Source of the DNA: Nanobdellota archaeon
Lineage (GTDB): Archaea; Nanobdellota; Nanobdellia; Pacearchaeales; GW2011-AR1
Length of the DNA stretch: 64,000 bases
Assembly (NCBI GenBank): GCA_038046005.1
Contig: JBBSXB010000003.1
Location: 23,193-87,192 of the forward strand
Reading direction: 5' to 3'
Shown here: positions 30,440 through 40,735 of the stretch, in pieces
Numbering within the stretch: position 1 is the first letter of the stretch
Layout: each line of letters starts with the position of its first letter
Translations under genes and position numbers: made by a program
The notes under the pieces: model-generated
The model's database searches: none
The model's input: only the letters and a program-made list of their open reading frames with translations
What the model was told of the DNA's origin: nothing

Positions 30440-31093
30440 TCATTCCAAAACATAGAGTTTCCAATTAAGTTTTTGAAATTTCTCTTCAGAAACTTGAGCT
30501 ATCTTATAATTATATTTTTTGATCAATTCTAAAAGTTTCTTTTCATTAGCCACATCACCACTAGGGATAAAGACTTTTCCATTTTTAGTCAAGTGATTTT
30601 TTACATCTTTTAACAATCTTTCATGAAGTTTAAAACCCGTGTCAAACAAAAAATGTCCAACTTCACTTTTATAATCTACATCCGCAAAAGGCAATTGAGA
30701 GATTATTAAGTCAAATTTTTCTTCCTTTTTAATATTTTCAAACAAGTCACTTTTTCTTACTTCAATTATTTTATTTAGTTTATGAAAAGTGACATTTTCT
30801 TTTGCATTTTGTAAAGAATTATTGTCAATGTCTATTGCTAAAACTTTTCTTGCACCCCTTTTGGCAGCGATTATGGCTTGAACACCAGTCCCTGTCCCAA
30901 CATCTAAAACAACGCCTGCATTTCCTGGAATTCTTTTTGCAGTCATTTCAGAAGAAAATGAAAATGGTGAATCAACAGGAAAAACATTTTTGTGAATAAT
31001 TATCTTATACCCTAAAAAATCAACAATTCGCTTTTTCTGCGTTTGAATGTCTTTAATAAAATTTAACGTAATTTCTTGTGGTTGTTTAGCCAT
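30440..31093 (-). CDS. Class I SAM-dependent methyltransferase (HemK/PrmC-like)
   Basis: VLDVGTGTG motif I, SDLF, DLIISQLPF in place of NPPY. Confidence 0.85.
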   Translation of the reverse strand: MAKQPQEITLNFIKDIQTQKKRIVDFLGYKIIIHKNVFPVDSPFSFSSEMTAKRIPGNAGVVLDVGTGTGVQAIIAAKRGARKVLAIDIDNNSLQNAKENVTFHKLNKIIEVRKSDLFENIKKEEKFDLIISQLPFADVDYKSEVGHFLFDTGFKLHERLLKDVKNHLTKNGKVFIPSGDVANEKKLLELIKKYNYKIAQVSEEKFQKLNWKLYVLE

Positions 31094-31205
31094 TTAATAC
31101 CTAAATGTTTATGATTTATAATATTATTCTCTTATAATTTCTTCTCAACTTAAGTACTATAAACATCAATTGGCCTTCCACCAAAAACTTTAAAAACTAT
31201 GGCTT

Positions 31206-31220
31206 CTATAGTTACTATAG
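31206..31220. promoter_or_regulatory. Palindromic operator upstream of the antitoxin-like gene
   Basis: CTATAG-TTA-CTATAG between the TATA box (about 31189) and the ATG at 31227. Confidence 0.5.
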
Positions 31221-31226
31221 GGTAAA

Positions 31227-31439
31227 ATGGAAATAACAACAATTCAATTAAGCAAGGAAACTAAAGACAAAATATCCTCTTTTGGGACAAAAGGAGAGAG
31301 TTATGATGAAATTATTAGAAGGATTTATTCTATAGCAGTTAAAGAGCAGTTGAGAGATTTTCTGATGTCTGATGAGGGATTTGTTCCTATTGAAGATGCC
31401 ATAAAAGAGGCAGAGAAAAAATGGCCAAGCAACAATTGA
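31227..31439 (+). CDS. RHH-type antitoxin-like protein, orphan
   Basis: TTIQLSKETKDKI...ESYDEIIRR pattern of small archaeal antitoxins; no toxin follows. Confidence 0.7.
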   Translation: MEITTIQLSKETKDKISSFGTKGESYDEIIRRIYSIAVKEQLRDFLMSDEGFVPIEDAIKEAEKKWPSNN

Positions 31440-32046
31440 TGCAACTCCAGATTTAGTAAAAGTTTATTTTAATGCTGAGACAAGTGGAGCAACAAGCCAG
31501 GAAGCTAAAGACAAAAATTCTGAAATTGTTGATAACATGATAACAGCTCTTGTTAAAGATGGATTTGAAAGAAAAGACATCCAGACGCAGGGGTTCAACA
31601 TTTATCCAGACTATTCTTGGGATAACAACAAACAAACTCTTAAAGGATACAAAGCTACACACTCAATCGTTGTACAGCTATCAACAGCCCAGACAGACAA
31701 GATAGGCAAAGTGATAGATGATGGGGTTGATTCTGGTGCTTTGATAAGCTACATAAATTTTGAGCTTAGCACTGAAAAGCAGAATGAATACAAAGCTCAG
31801 GCAATAAAACTCGCTGCAGAAGATGCAAGAGTAAAAGCAACGGCACTTGCAAGTGGATTGCAAAAAGAACTTGGAAGTCTTGTATCTGTGTCGGACAACA
31901 GTTTTGATTATAGGCCTTGGCCAATGTATGCTTCTGCAGATTCTGGAGGAGCAAGTGTTGCAATGGCAAAAGAAGCCGCAACAAATATACAGCCAGGAAC
32001 ACAACAGGTTTCAGCAAGTGTGACAGCAGTATTCAAAATCAAATAA
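31420..32046 (+). pseudogene. SIMPL (DUF541) domain gene lacking its 5' part
   Basis: Open frame from NGQATIDATPDL to VSASVTAVFKIK, closed upstream by TAA at 31402; no start codon or signal peptide before the SIMPL-like sequence begins. Confidence 0.75.
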
Positions 32047-32069
32047 TTTATTTTTTATTTTTATTTATT

Positions 32070-32507
32070 TTATAATTTTTTTTCAATAAGAACACCTTTT
32101 TCACTAGGAACAAGCCCGACTTTTTCGTACAATTTCATTGGCCTAGAATCTTTTTCAACAATTCCCATAAATTTTTTGAATCCTCTTTCTTTATAGATCT
32201 CAAATATTTTATCTAAAACAATTGGAGTAATATATTTTCCTTGAAATCTCTCTGCAATAGCTAGCTCTTCTCCAAATGCAACCTCTCCAGGACACATGAA
32301 ATTGGGATTTATAGCTATAAAACCAGCAACCTGGTCGTCATACCTTATTACATAAAGATCACAATTTTTATTATAAAATTGAATTTTTTTCATTGCCTTT
32401 TCAAGAGTCCAACTCTCATCATATGGTGGTTTTGAAAATTCACTTGCATATATTTTAGCAATTCTTTCAAGCTCATTTTGAGCAGCTATTCTTAATTCTG
32501 TGACCAT
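32070..32507 (-). CDS. GNAT-family N-acetyltransferase
   Basis: VAGFI, ELAIAERFQGK and LYEKVG motifs. Confidence 0.8.
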   Translation of the reverse strand: MVTELRIAAQNELERIAKIYASEFSKPPYDESWTLEKAMKKIQFYNKNCDLYVIRYDDQVAGFIAINPNFMCPGEVAFGEELAIAERFQGKYITPIVLDKIFEIYKERGFKKFMGIVEKDSRPMKLYEKVGLVPSEKGVLIEKKL

Positions 32508-32630
32508 CTTGTTTATCTCTTATAATTTTTACTAGCTTCAATTGTTTCTGCAAATAGATCTGCAATCTTATCAAAGAAATGCATGCTTTCTTTTAGGTTG
32601 ATAATAGAAATTGGTTTGGCTACACCCATT

Positions 32631-32996
32631 TCACTGCCGGCTCTCAATTTCTATACTCCTATCGCTTGAAAGATAAAGTTTTGTATTGGTGTCATAGTCC
32701 AATGCTTTAAAATAGAAATTTGGTTTTTTTAATTCTAAGTTATAATCTTCATTCTGTGGGCTAACCCATAAAAATGCCTGTTTTTTACCAAATAAAGGGC
32801 CAATATACCTCAATCCATCAAGCCAATCAAAATTATCTCTACTATATTTATGTAAGTTAGTTGCTTCATAGAACTTATCAATCATTGCGGCCTCTAAACC
32901 ACCAATATTTTCTCTTATATACTGAACATAAAGCTCTTCACTATTAAGGATTCTGTTTATTTCTTCTTCACTTAATCTATTTGTCTTAGTTGTCAT
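32631..32996 (-). CDS. Hypothetical protein
   Basis: 121-aa ORF with TATA-like element upstream. Confidence 0.5.
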   Translation of the reverse strand: MTTKTNRLSEEEINRILNSEELYVQYIRENIGGLEAAMIDKFYEATNLHKYSRDNFDWLDGLRYIGPLFGKKQAFLWVSPQNEDYNLELKKPNFYFKALDYDTNTKLYLSSDRSIEIESRQ

Positions 32997-33124
32997 GAAA
33001 AATGGTATTACCTCTTCTTTAAAAATCTTTCTTCCTCCGTTACACCACCCTCTTTTTCTTAATATAACAAATTTTATATAGTTACACTACCTTGTAGAAA
33101 AAGACAAAAAGAGAGGTTTTGAAA

Positions 33125-35755
33125 ATGAATTTTTATAAGAGGTACATACATAAAAACGGCAAGAAGCTTGGTCCATATTATTATTCCAACAAAAAAGTTG
33201 ACGGAAAAGTAATATCAACTTATCTTGGAACAGAACCGCCGAGCAAATTTAGGCAATTAAAGCTTCCTAAAAACACGTTGAAGTTTGCGATAATAACTCT
33301 CTCTACGATAAGTCTAGTCTTATTGGTCAATCTTATTTTTCATTTACAGTTATTCTCAACAGGAAACATTCCATTATCAACAATAGATGAGCAAAAAACT
33401 CCAAAAGACATAGTTAGCGGATTAAATAATACAAACATAACAAATAGAACTCAGTCTAATCCCATTCAGCCAACAATTAACACTATTCAAAGTCAAGCAG
33501 TTATTAATCAGCCGGTAAAATGGTCGAAAGAAATTCAGCTTGAAAAACCAGGAAAAATTATAGTTCAATTGCCAAAAGAAGCCCAAAATATATTAGTTTA
33601 CAAAGTAAACTCAGATGGTCAAAAAGAAAAAGTTGACGATAAGCAAATATCAATTACAGCAAAAGTCTCATCTGAAATAAACATCGATCAAACACGTGAA
33701 AAAAAAGAAAGCCCTATTTTAAAATTCTTTAAAAAAATAATAAGCTTCATAACAGGAAAAGCAGTTACAATTCAAGACACTAAAGAAATAAAAGAAATCA
33801 CTATAAATGAAAACGCAAAAGAATACGTAATTGAATATGAAACATCTTCTCCTACAATAACAGAGCACGAATCAGCAAATGGTAAGACAATTATGCTCTC
33901 TAATGCTGGCAGCGTAAGCTATCAAAACGTTTTAGTTTTTACAAATATTCCAGAAACTCTGAATGTAAAAAGTCCAGAAAATATAAGGGTGTATTGGAAT
34001 GAACAAAATAAATTTATCCAGCCTGAAAAAATTGAAGATAAGAACAGCAACGGAATTTATGACTACATAGAATGGATTGCTCCTTCTTCAGATAACCAAA
34101 CTTTTGAGATAATTGTAATAACAAAAGCAGAACATCTTGACGGCAATAGGCAATTCATCTCAGATATTTACGAACAAGTTAAAGATATTGATGATGTCTG
34201 GAGTGAGGAAATCCCTAGCCAAGATTATGTTAGGATCACATTTGAAAAAAATCTCACAAACCAAAACGATATTACAATTTTCCCTAGAATTATTAAGGGA
34301 AACCCAAGAATAGAAGTTTATGAAGAAAATACAAATAATTTAATCGCAGAATTCACAAATTTAACAAATGAAGAATACAATACAATTTATCTAACAAACT
34401 TGCAAGGAGAACAGGATGTCTTTGACTTAAAAATTATTGGAGGCAGTTTAGAATTTGACCATATGATTGATCCGACAGCACAGCCAGGAGGAGCTCCAAG
34501 TTTAATGGCTCAAGTTTGTTCAGCAGAAGACAACGCAGCACAAGGTTCTTTTGCTGGAACTTGTGATGGAGTTTATCCAAGAGCTTGCGGTACTGGAAAT
34601 GACCTTGTAAGTTGCAACGACAATATAAGAGAAACCCATACTTCAGGCAACACTGCAAATTGGGGAGGAATTAAAATTCAAACCTTCAACAGTTCAGTAA
34701 CTAACTGCCAATCAATAAGCCAGGTGTTTTTCTGTTACGAAAGATGGGTTTCTGCAGCAACAATAACGCAGTGTGATATTTCAGTGGACGCAAACGGCGG
34801 AGCCTCTTACAGCGTAGTTACCTCAATATGCCCCACAACATTAATCAATTCTGGAATTACATGTACTGATGTAACTTCTTTGGAAAGCTGGGCATGTTCA
34901 AATTTCTTTGGTGCTTCCGGAACAAGAGCTTTGGCAAAATCAGAATTCAGGAAGTCTGGGGGCGGAGGAACAAGAACAATGAATTGGGATGTTTTTTACT
35001 TCAATATCACATATACGCAAGCAAATCAAGCTCCAACAATAGACTCTATAAGTTCTATTCCTTCTTTGCCGCCTATTGAAAATAGTATGAGGCCGGTGAC
35101 ATTCAATGTTTCAGTTTCAGATCCAGATGGGTACACAGACATAACAAGTGTTTCCGCACAATTCAGCATGGCGGGAGAACCAACAAGAATAAACTCGTCA
35201 TGCACATTACAAAACGGAGCAGGGAACAATGCAAACTATTCTTGCACTATCAACATGCAGTACTATGACAAAGATGGGAACTGGAATGTAACGATTAACG
35301 TGACAGACTCGCAATCACAGCAGGGCACAAACAACTCACAAATATTTGTCTACCAACTTCTGAAAGCAATTGTGATAAATTCTCCAACGACTGGATTGAC
35401 TTGGCCAGGTTTATCCCAAGGCCAGACAAATATTTTTTCCAACAACGACCCGACAGTAATTGAAAATACTGGAAATTATCAAGGGCCAATTTTAATAACA
35501 GCATTTGATCTTTTTGGGCAGACAAATCCAGCCCAGATAATTTCAGCATCTAACTTCATTGCAGGTCCAGCATCAGGTTTAGAGTGTACTGCAACACAAC
35601 TCTCCAACAATTTCCAAATTTCAATAGCAGGAAGTAATTTGCTAAGAGGTCCTGGAGCACAAACACAAATTTATTATTGTTTAAATTCTGTTCCGTTAGT
35701 TTCATCTCAAGATTATTCAGCATCAGGAGCAAGCAGCTGGATTATTGCAGTATAA
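33125..35755 (+). CDS. Large surface protein (candidate filament tip/adhesin)
   Basis: Basic N-terminus (KNGKKLGPYYY...STYLG), TM, beta-rich domains, Cys-rich region; C-terminal ~240 aa paralogous to 35790-36680; many N-x-S/T sequons. Confidence 0.8.
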   Translation: MNFYKRYIHKNGKKLGPYYYSNKKVDGKVISTYLGTEPPSKFRQLKLPKNTLKFAIITLSTISLVLLVNLIFHLQLFSTGNIPLSTIDEQKTPKDIVSGLNNTNITNRTQSNPIQPTINTIQSQAVINQPVKWSKEIQLEKPGKIIVQLPKEAQNILVYKVNSDGQKEKVDDKQISITAKVSSEINIDQTREKKESPILKFFKKIISFITGKAVTIQDTKEIKEITINENAKEYVIEYETSSPTITEHESANGKTIMLSNAGSVSYQNVLVFTNIPETLNVKSPENIRVYWNEQNKFIQPEKIEDKNSNGIYDYIEWIAPSSDNQTFEIIVITKAEHLDGNRQFISDIYEQVKDIDDVWSEEIPSQDYVRITFEKNLTNQNDITIFPRIIKGNPRIEVYEENTNNLIAEFTNLTNEEYNTIYLTNLQGEQDVFDLKIIGGSLEFDHMIDPTAQPGGAPSLMAQVCSAEDNAAQGSFAGTCDGVYPRACGTGNDLVSCNDNIRETHTSGNTANWGGIKIQTFNSSVTNCQSISQVFFCYERWVSAATITQCDISVDANGGASYSVVTSICPTTLINSGITCTDVTSLESWACSNFFGASGTRALAKSEFRKSGGGGTRTMNWDVFYFNITYTQANQAPTIDSISSIPSLPPIENSMRPVTFNVSVSDPDGYTDITSVSAQFSMAGEPTRINSSCTLQNGAGNNANYSCTINMQYYDKDGNWNVTINVTDSQSQQGTNNSQIFVYQLLKAIVINSPTTGLTWPGLSQGQTNIFSNNDPTVIENTGNYQGPILITAFDLFGQTNPAQIISASNFIAGPASGLECTATQLSNNFQISIAGSNLLRGPGAQTQIYYCLNSVPLVSSQDYSASGASSWIIAV

Positions 35756-35789
35756 AAAACTTTAAAAACAACTAAATCTTTGGCTTATC

Positions 35790-36680
35790 ATGAAGAGTAA
35801 AAGAGGTTTGTATTTTGCAATTTTAATATTCAGCGTTTTAATATTGTCTTCTGTGGTTTCTGCAAGTTTTTGGGACTCGATTCAAAAAGTTTTCACAGGA
35901 AAAGCGTCTTCACAATCTCAAAATGTTTCTGTGACTGTTGCAGGAGGAAATCCTGTGACAATTGAAGTTCCAACACTTTCTGCTTTTCCAATAGAAGACA
36001 ATCTAGTTGCTATCGTCTTCACAGCAAATGTTTCTGATGTTGACGGCATTAATGATATAAATGATTCAAGCGTAGCATCCAAACTTACAAATGGGGCAAC
36101 AACAAGAAATGGGGTCTGTTCATTAATTGGAAGCATAAGCTCTACAGCAAAGAGTTATTCCTGTTCAATTGACTTATGGTATTTTGACTCATCAACTCCT
36201 TGGGCATTAAATGTTTCTGCAAAAGATTTTGGTAATGGAACTTTAATAAGCAACACTTCAGTTTTCACATACAACCAACTAAAAGCAATGGTCATTTCTC
36301 CACTAACTTTAACCTGGCCAACAGTTGTTACAGGAGCCGTAATTCAGCAGTCAAACAATGACCCAACAATAATAAACAACACTGGAAATTACAACGGAGT
36401 TATTTCGGTAACAGCCAGAGATTTGATTGGAGAGACCAATCCTCTTGAAATATTGCCTACAAATTCATTCAGGGCAGGCCCAACATTAGGAACAGAATGC
36501 ACAGCAACCGCGTTGGTTAATGACACTATGGTCTCAATAACAGGAAGCAACTCAAACCCCGGAAATTTAAGTGCAGGAGGAGGACAGGCAAATCTTTATT
36601 ATTGCATTCCTTCTGTCCCATTAATATCTTCACAAGTATATTCAACTACAGCAGGAGGAAGCTGGGCTGTACAATATTAA
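35790..36680 (+). CDS. Secreted beta-rich protein (candidate major filament subunit)
   Basis: Signal peptide, FTGKA motif, SQSQNVSVTV strand, two Cys pairs, no C-terminal anchor; own TATA-like element upstream. Confidence 0.8.
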   Translation: MKSKRGLYFAILIFSVLILSSVVSASFWDSIQKVFTGKASSQSQNVSVTVAGGNPVTIEVPTLSAFPIEDNLVAIVFTANVSDVDGINDINDSSVASKLTNGATTRNGVCSLIGSISSTAKSYSCSIDLWYFDSSTPWALNVSAKDFGNGTLISNTSVFTYNQLKAMVISPLTLTWPTVVTGAVIQQSNNDPTIINNTGNYNGVISVTARDLIGETNPLEILPTNSFRAGPTLGTECTATALVNDTMVSITGSNSNPGNLSAGGGQANLYYCIPSVPLISSQVYSTTAGGSWAVQY

Positions 36681-36681
36681 A

Positions 36682-37212
36682 ATGAAAAAAACAATTTTAC
36701 CCGTGCTAATTGTCCTTTCTCTATTCAGTTTTATTAGCTCAGCAGGAATCGCCTCTCCTTACTGGGAAAATAATCCCCTAAACATGAATTATGGGGAAAC
36801 AAAAACAATTGAGCTGAATCTTCAAAACATGGTTGGAGATGAAGACATTACTGTCAAAGTGATTATCAAACAAGGAGAAGATATAGCAACTCTTGACAAA
36901 GATACTTATACTGCTGCAGCAGGAACATCAGATACATTAATTCCTTTGACAATAAAAATTCCTGAAAATTACGGAAAACCATCTCAAACAGTTGAGATAG
37001 AGACAAAAACAGTGACGCAAGACCAAGGAGGAATGGTCACATTAGGGACAGGATGGACAACTAAGTTTGATGTTTTGTTATCAGAAAAATCAGATTCAGC
37101 TTCTGGAGGAGAATCTGGCTCTTCAACAGCAAAGATAATTGCTTTGGTAATAGCTATTATAGTCTTGATCTTAATAATCTTTTTTGTTATGAAAAGAAAA
37201 AGAAAGGCATAA
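36682..37212 (+). CDS. Secreted Ig-like protein with C-terminal membrane anchor
   Basis: Signal peptide, beta-rich domain, Ser/Gly linker, TM followed by KRKRKA. Confidence 0.8.
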   Translation: MKKTILPVLIVLSLFSFISSAGIASPYWENNPLNMNYGETKTIELNLQNMVGDEDITVKVIIKQGEDIATLDKDTYTAAAGTSDTLIPLTIKIPENYGKPSQTVEIETKTVTQDQGGMVTLGTGWTTKFDVLLSEKSDSASGGESGSSTAKIIALVIAIIVLILIIFFVMKRKRKA

Positions 37213-37260
37213 ATCTTTTTCAACCCCAAAATTTATAATCTATTTTATCTATTTTAATTA

Positions 37261-38454
37261 ATGAAAAGGGTTATCTCTATACTGGCAATATTCTTTGTGT
37301 CAATTTTAATATCAAATTATGTTAAAGCAGAAATAACGGGGGGAGCAGCCTCTCAACCCCAAAATGTTTCCATATTTGTATTGCCTGGTCTGCCCGTAAT
37401 TAACATATATTCCCCACAAAACATTACCTACACAAACACAAGTGTCTTGTTAAACTATTCAATATCAAATAACTTTAGTTCTGCTTGGTATAATATAGAC
37501 AACTCAGATAATGTAACACTTCCAAACTCATCAAATTATTCAATAACACTAGCTTCTTTTTTAGGAAGCCATTTTCTTTATTTATATGCTAACAATAGCC
37601 AAGGGCTTAGTTTTTCAAAAATTGATTTTAGTATTTCAAGCCAGCCTACACAACCGCCAAGTTCTGGAGGCAGTGGAGGAGGTGGAGGTTCCGGCGGAGG
37701 CATTTCAGGCATAACTGCATTTGACTTGGAAAAAAATTTACTCCAAGTTTCATTAACACAAGGAGAAACCAAAACAGAGAATATTAAAATAAGAAATGTT
37801 GGGACTTCAAGAATAACGGTATCTATAGAGACTTTAGACTTGGAAAATTTTATACTAATTGAAGAAAAAAATTTAACCCTTAACGTAGGGGAAACAAAAG
37901 AGTTAGAAGCCCATTTTTTTGCATTATCTAATTTTCCCCCAGGAGTGTACTTTGGTAAAATAATATTCACTTCTGGAAGTTTTAGGGAATCAGTTGTTTC
38001 GGTTGTTGATGTGAAGCAGAAGAACGCTCTTTTTGATGTAAACCTCGAAGTTCTTCCCAACTATAAAACAACTTCTCCCGGGAAAAAGATTTCTACTCTT
38101 ATAGACATGACCAATATTGCATTCAGAGGAACACCAATTGATGTTGACCTGTCTTTAAGGATAACTGACGTTGACAAAAAAATAGTCTATGAATCTTCAA
38201 AAGAGACAATTGCTGTAAGAGACAATTTATCCATAACAAGGCAGCTTCAGTTGCCAAAAAATCTTGCGTCAGGAACATACTTTGTTTTGGGGGAAATTTT
38301 GTACAATAATGTTTCTGCAAGTTCTTACGATACGATTGATGTAAAAAGTGATAAGCTTTCTATCTGGATTATCTTATTGGTTGTTCTGGCTTTTATTATA
38401 TGGGCATTTTTGATTTGGTGGAAGATTCATAAGAACAGGAAGAGAAGAAGATAA
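37261..38454 (+). CDS. Membrane-anchored multi-Ig surface protein (candidate filament anchor)
   Basis: Signal peptide, ITGGAASQPQNVSIFV, poly-Gly linker, C-terminal TM followed by KRRR. Confidence 0.8.
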   Translation: MKRVISILAIFFVSILISNYVKAEITGGAASQPQNVSIFVLPGLPVINIYSPQNITYTNTSVLLNYSISNNFSSAWYNIDNSDNVTLPNSSNYSITLASFLGSHFLYLYANNSQGLSFSKIDFSISSQPTQPPSSGGSGGGGGSGGGISGITAFDLEKNLLQVSLTQGETKTENIKIRNVGTSRITVSIETLDLENFILIEEKNLTLNVGETKELEAHFFALSNFPPGVYFGKIIFTSGSFRESVVSVVDVKQKNALFDVNLEVLPNYKTTSPGKKISTLIDMTNIAFRGTPIDVDLSLRITDVDKKIVYESSKETIAVRDNLSITRQLQLPKNLASGTYFVLGEILYNNVSASSYDTIDVKSDKLSIWIILLVVLAFIIWAFLIWWKIHKNRKRRR

Positions 38455-38511
38455 TCCTAAATCCTTTTTCTTCCTTTCATTTGGATTTATACGAATGAAT
38501 GAAACAAAAAA

Positions 38512-40509
38512 TTATATTTTTTTGTTTCTTAATAAATTAGCATTCATCACAACAGTTATACTTGATGCAGCCATTGCTATCTCAGCAATTATAGGATGCA
38601 ACACTCCCGCAATTGCGGCCGGAATTGCAACAACATTATATGCAAAAGCCCAGAATAAATTTTGTTTTATCTTAGAGAATGTGGCTTTTGATAACCTTAT
38701 TGCAGCTACAACTCCAAGCAAAGAACCTCTTACTAAAACTAAATCTCCTGCCTCGATTGCAATATCCGACCCAGTTCCAATCGCAATTCCAACATTCGCC
38801 TGTTTCAATGCAGGAGCATCATTAATTCCATCTCCAACAAATGCAACCATTCCGTATCTCTGAAGCTCTTCAACTTTTTTTGCCTTGTCTTCTGGAAGAA
38901 CATTTGCAATAACTTCTTTAATTCCCACTTGAGAAGCAATAGCTTTAGCTGTTCGTTCATTGTCCCCAGTAATCATCACAGTTTTGTATCCTTGTCTGCT
39001 TAAAAGCGAAATAGCCTTAACAGAATCTTCTTTAACAGCATCGGCAACTCCAATAATTCCTAAAACTTTTTTATCCTGTGAAACAATTACGGCTGTATAA
39101 GCTTTATTCTCAAATTCCTCAATTTTTCCATTCAAACTGTTCAACTTTATTCCTTTTTCTTTCATTAGTGTTGAATTTCCTATAACAATATTTTTGTTTT
39201 CTATTTTTCCTTCAACGCCTCTGCCTCTTAAAATCTTGAAATTTTTAACTCCTTTATATTTTTTCAATCCAGCTTTTGCAACAATTGCCTTTGACAAAGG
39301 ATGCTCACTTAACTTTTCAAGGCTTCCTGCAATTTCCATTAAATAATTTTCTTTAACACTAGAATAAATTTCTCTAACTTCTGGCTTGCCTTTTGTTATT
39401 GTTCCTGTTTTATCAAAAACAATAATCTTGACTTTCTTCATTGTTTGTATTGCCTCCCCTTTTCTTATTAAAATTCCTTTTTTTGCACCAATTCCGCTTC
39501 CAACAGTCAAGGCAATTGGTACGGCTAATCCTAAGGCACATGGGCAGGCAATAACCAAAACAGAAATTGCAACTCCAATAGATCTTCCTAGTTCTCCGTT
39601 AAAATACCACCATCCCAAAAAAGTTAGGATAGTAATGACCAAAATTGTTGGCACGAAAATGCTTGTAATTTTGTCAGCAAGTTTTTGTATTGGGACTTTG
39701 GTTCCCTGAGCTTCTTCAACTAATTCAATAATATGTGCAAGGAAAGTATCTTTTCCAATTTTAGTTACTTTAACATATAAAATTCCATCCTGATTTATAG
39801 TTGCTCCAATAACATTGTTCCCCTTTGTTTTATCTACTGGAAGGCTTTCCCCAGTTACCATAGATTCATCAACAGCACTCTCTCCTTTAACAACAATCCC
39901 ATCTGTTGGAATTTTTTCTCCAGGCTTTATTATAATTATGTCTCCAATAACAACTTCAGAAATTGGTATCTCCACTTCATTTTTCCCTCTTAAAACTCGA
40001 GCGTTTTTTGCTCCAAGCTCTAAAAGTTTTTTTATCTCTTGAGTCGCTCTTCCCCTTGCTTTAGCTTCTATATATTTTCCAGTCACAAAAATAGCCATTA
40101 TCATTGCGGCAACTCCAGAATAGTCATTTATCTTCATAAAAAATGTTAAAATTCCTGTTAGATAAGCAATGATTGTTCCCAAAGAGATCAAAGAATCCAT
40201 ATTGAAATAAAAAGTAAACAACCCTCTTAATCCAGACTTTAATGTAGAAAACCCGAATATAAACACAACTGGGAATCCAAGAACCAACAAAATTATTATT
40301 GAGATTTGTTCATTAATTATAAATATGTCAAAAAACCTCATTAGAATCATAAGTATTGCTATTGGGGTCGCAAAAATCCAGCTTCCAACAAGTTTCTTTT
40401 TCCAATCTTTAATTTCAGAATCTTCCGCTGGTTTCGAGTGGTCATGCTCATCCATATTTTTTATTTTATTATGTTCATGATTGTCACTCATATTATGTTG
40501 ATGTTCCAT
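38512..40509 (-). CDS. copA: Copper-translocating P1B-type ATPase with His-rich N-terminus
   Basis: [32 protein letters not shown] and MAASS motifs. Confidence 0.95.
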   Translation of the reverse strand: MEHQHNMSDNHEHNKIKNMDEHDHSKPAEDSEIKDWKKKLVGSWIFATPIAILMILMRFFDIFIINEQISIIILLVLGFPVVFIFGFSTLKSGLRGLFTFYFNMDSLISLGTIIAYLTGILTFFMKINDYSGVAAMIMAIFVTGKYIEAKARGRATQEIKKLLELGAKNARVLRGKNEVEIPISEVVIGDIIIIKPGEKIPTDGIVVKGESAVDESMVTGESLPVDKTKGNNVIGATINQDGILYVKVTKIGKDTFLAHIIELVEEAQGTKVPIQKLADKITSIFVPTILVITILTFLGWWYFNGELGRSIGVAISVLVIACPCALGLAVPIALTVGSGIGAKKGILIRKGEAIQTMKKVKIIVFDKTGTITKGKPEVREIYSSVKENYLMEIAGSLEKLSEHPLSKAIVAKAGLKKYKGVKNFKILRGRGVEGKIENKNIVIGNSTLMKEKGIKLNSLNGKIEEFENKAYTAVIVSQDKKVLGIIGVADAVKEDSVKAISLLSRQGYKTVMITGDNERTAKAIASQVGIKEVIANVLPEDKAKKVEELQRYGMVAFVGDGINDAPALKQANVGIAIGTGSDIAIEAGDLVLVRGSLLGVVAAIRLSKATFSKIKQNLFWAFAYNVVAIPAAIAGVLHPIIAEIAMAASSITVVMNANLLRNKKI

Positions 40510-40515
40510 TATAAA

Positions 40516-40728
40516 TTAGTCTATAGAAATAGCTCTATACCCTGCTCTTGCAACAGCTTTTTTAAGATCTTCCTGATTTGTTCTTTCATCAATCTCAACA
40601 AATGCTTTTTTTCCTATAACACTTACATTAACTTCTTTTACTCCAGGAACTTTTTTCAGGCTTCTCTCAATATTACTGGCACAGCTTGCGCAGTGCATTC
40701 CGTCTATATTTATTTTAATTTTTTTCAT
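40516..40728 (-). CDS. copZ: Heavy-metal-associated (HMA) copper chaperone
   Basis: GMHCASC motif, 70 aa, immediately upstream of the ATPase. Confidence 0.9.
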   Translation of the reverse strand: MKKIKINIDGMHCASCASNIERSLKKVPGVKEVNVSVIGKKAFVEIDERTNQEDLKKAVARAGYRAISID

Positions 40729-40735
40729 TTTTCCC

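Noticed and set aside
32513-32629. 38-aa ORF between the hypothetical gene and the GNAT gene
   Set aside because: May be a gene remnant, but has no recognisable motif.
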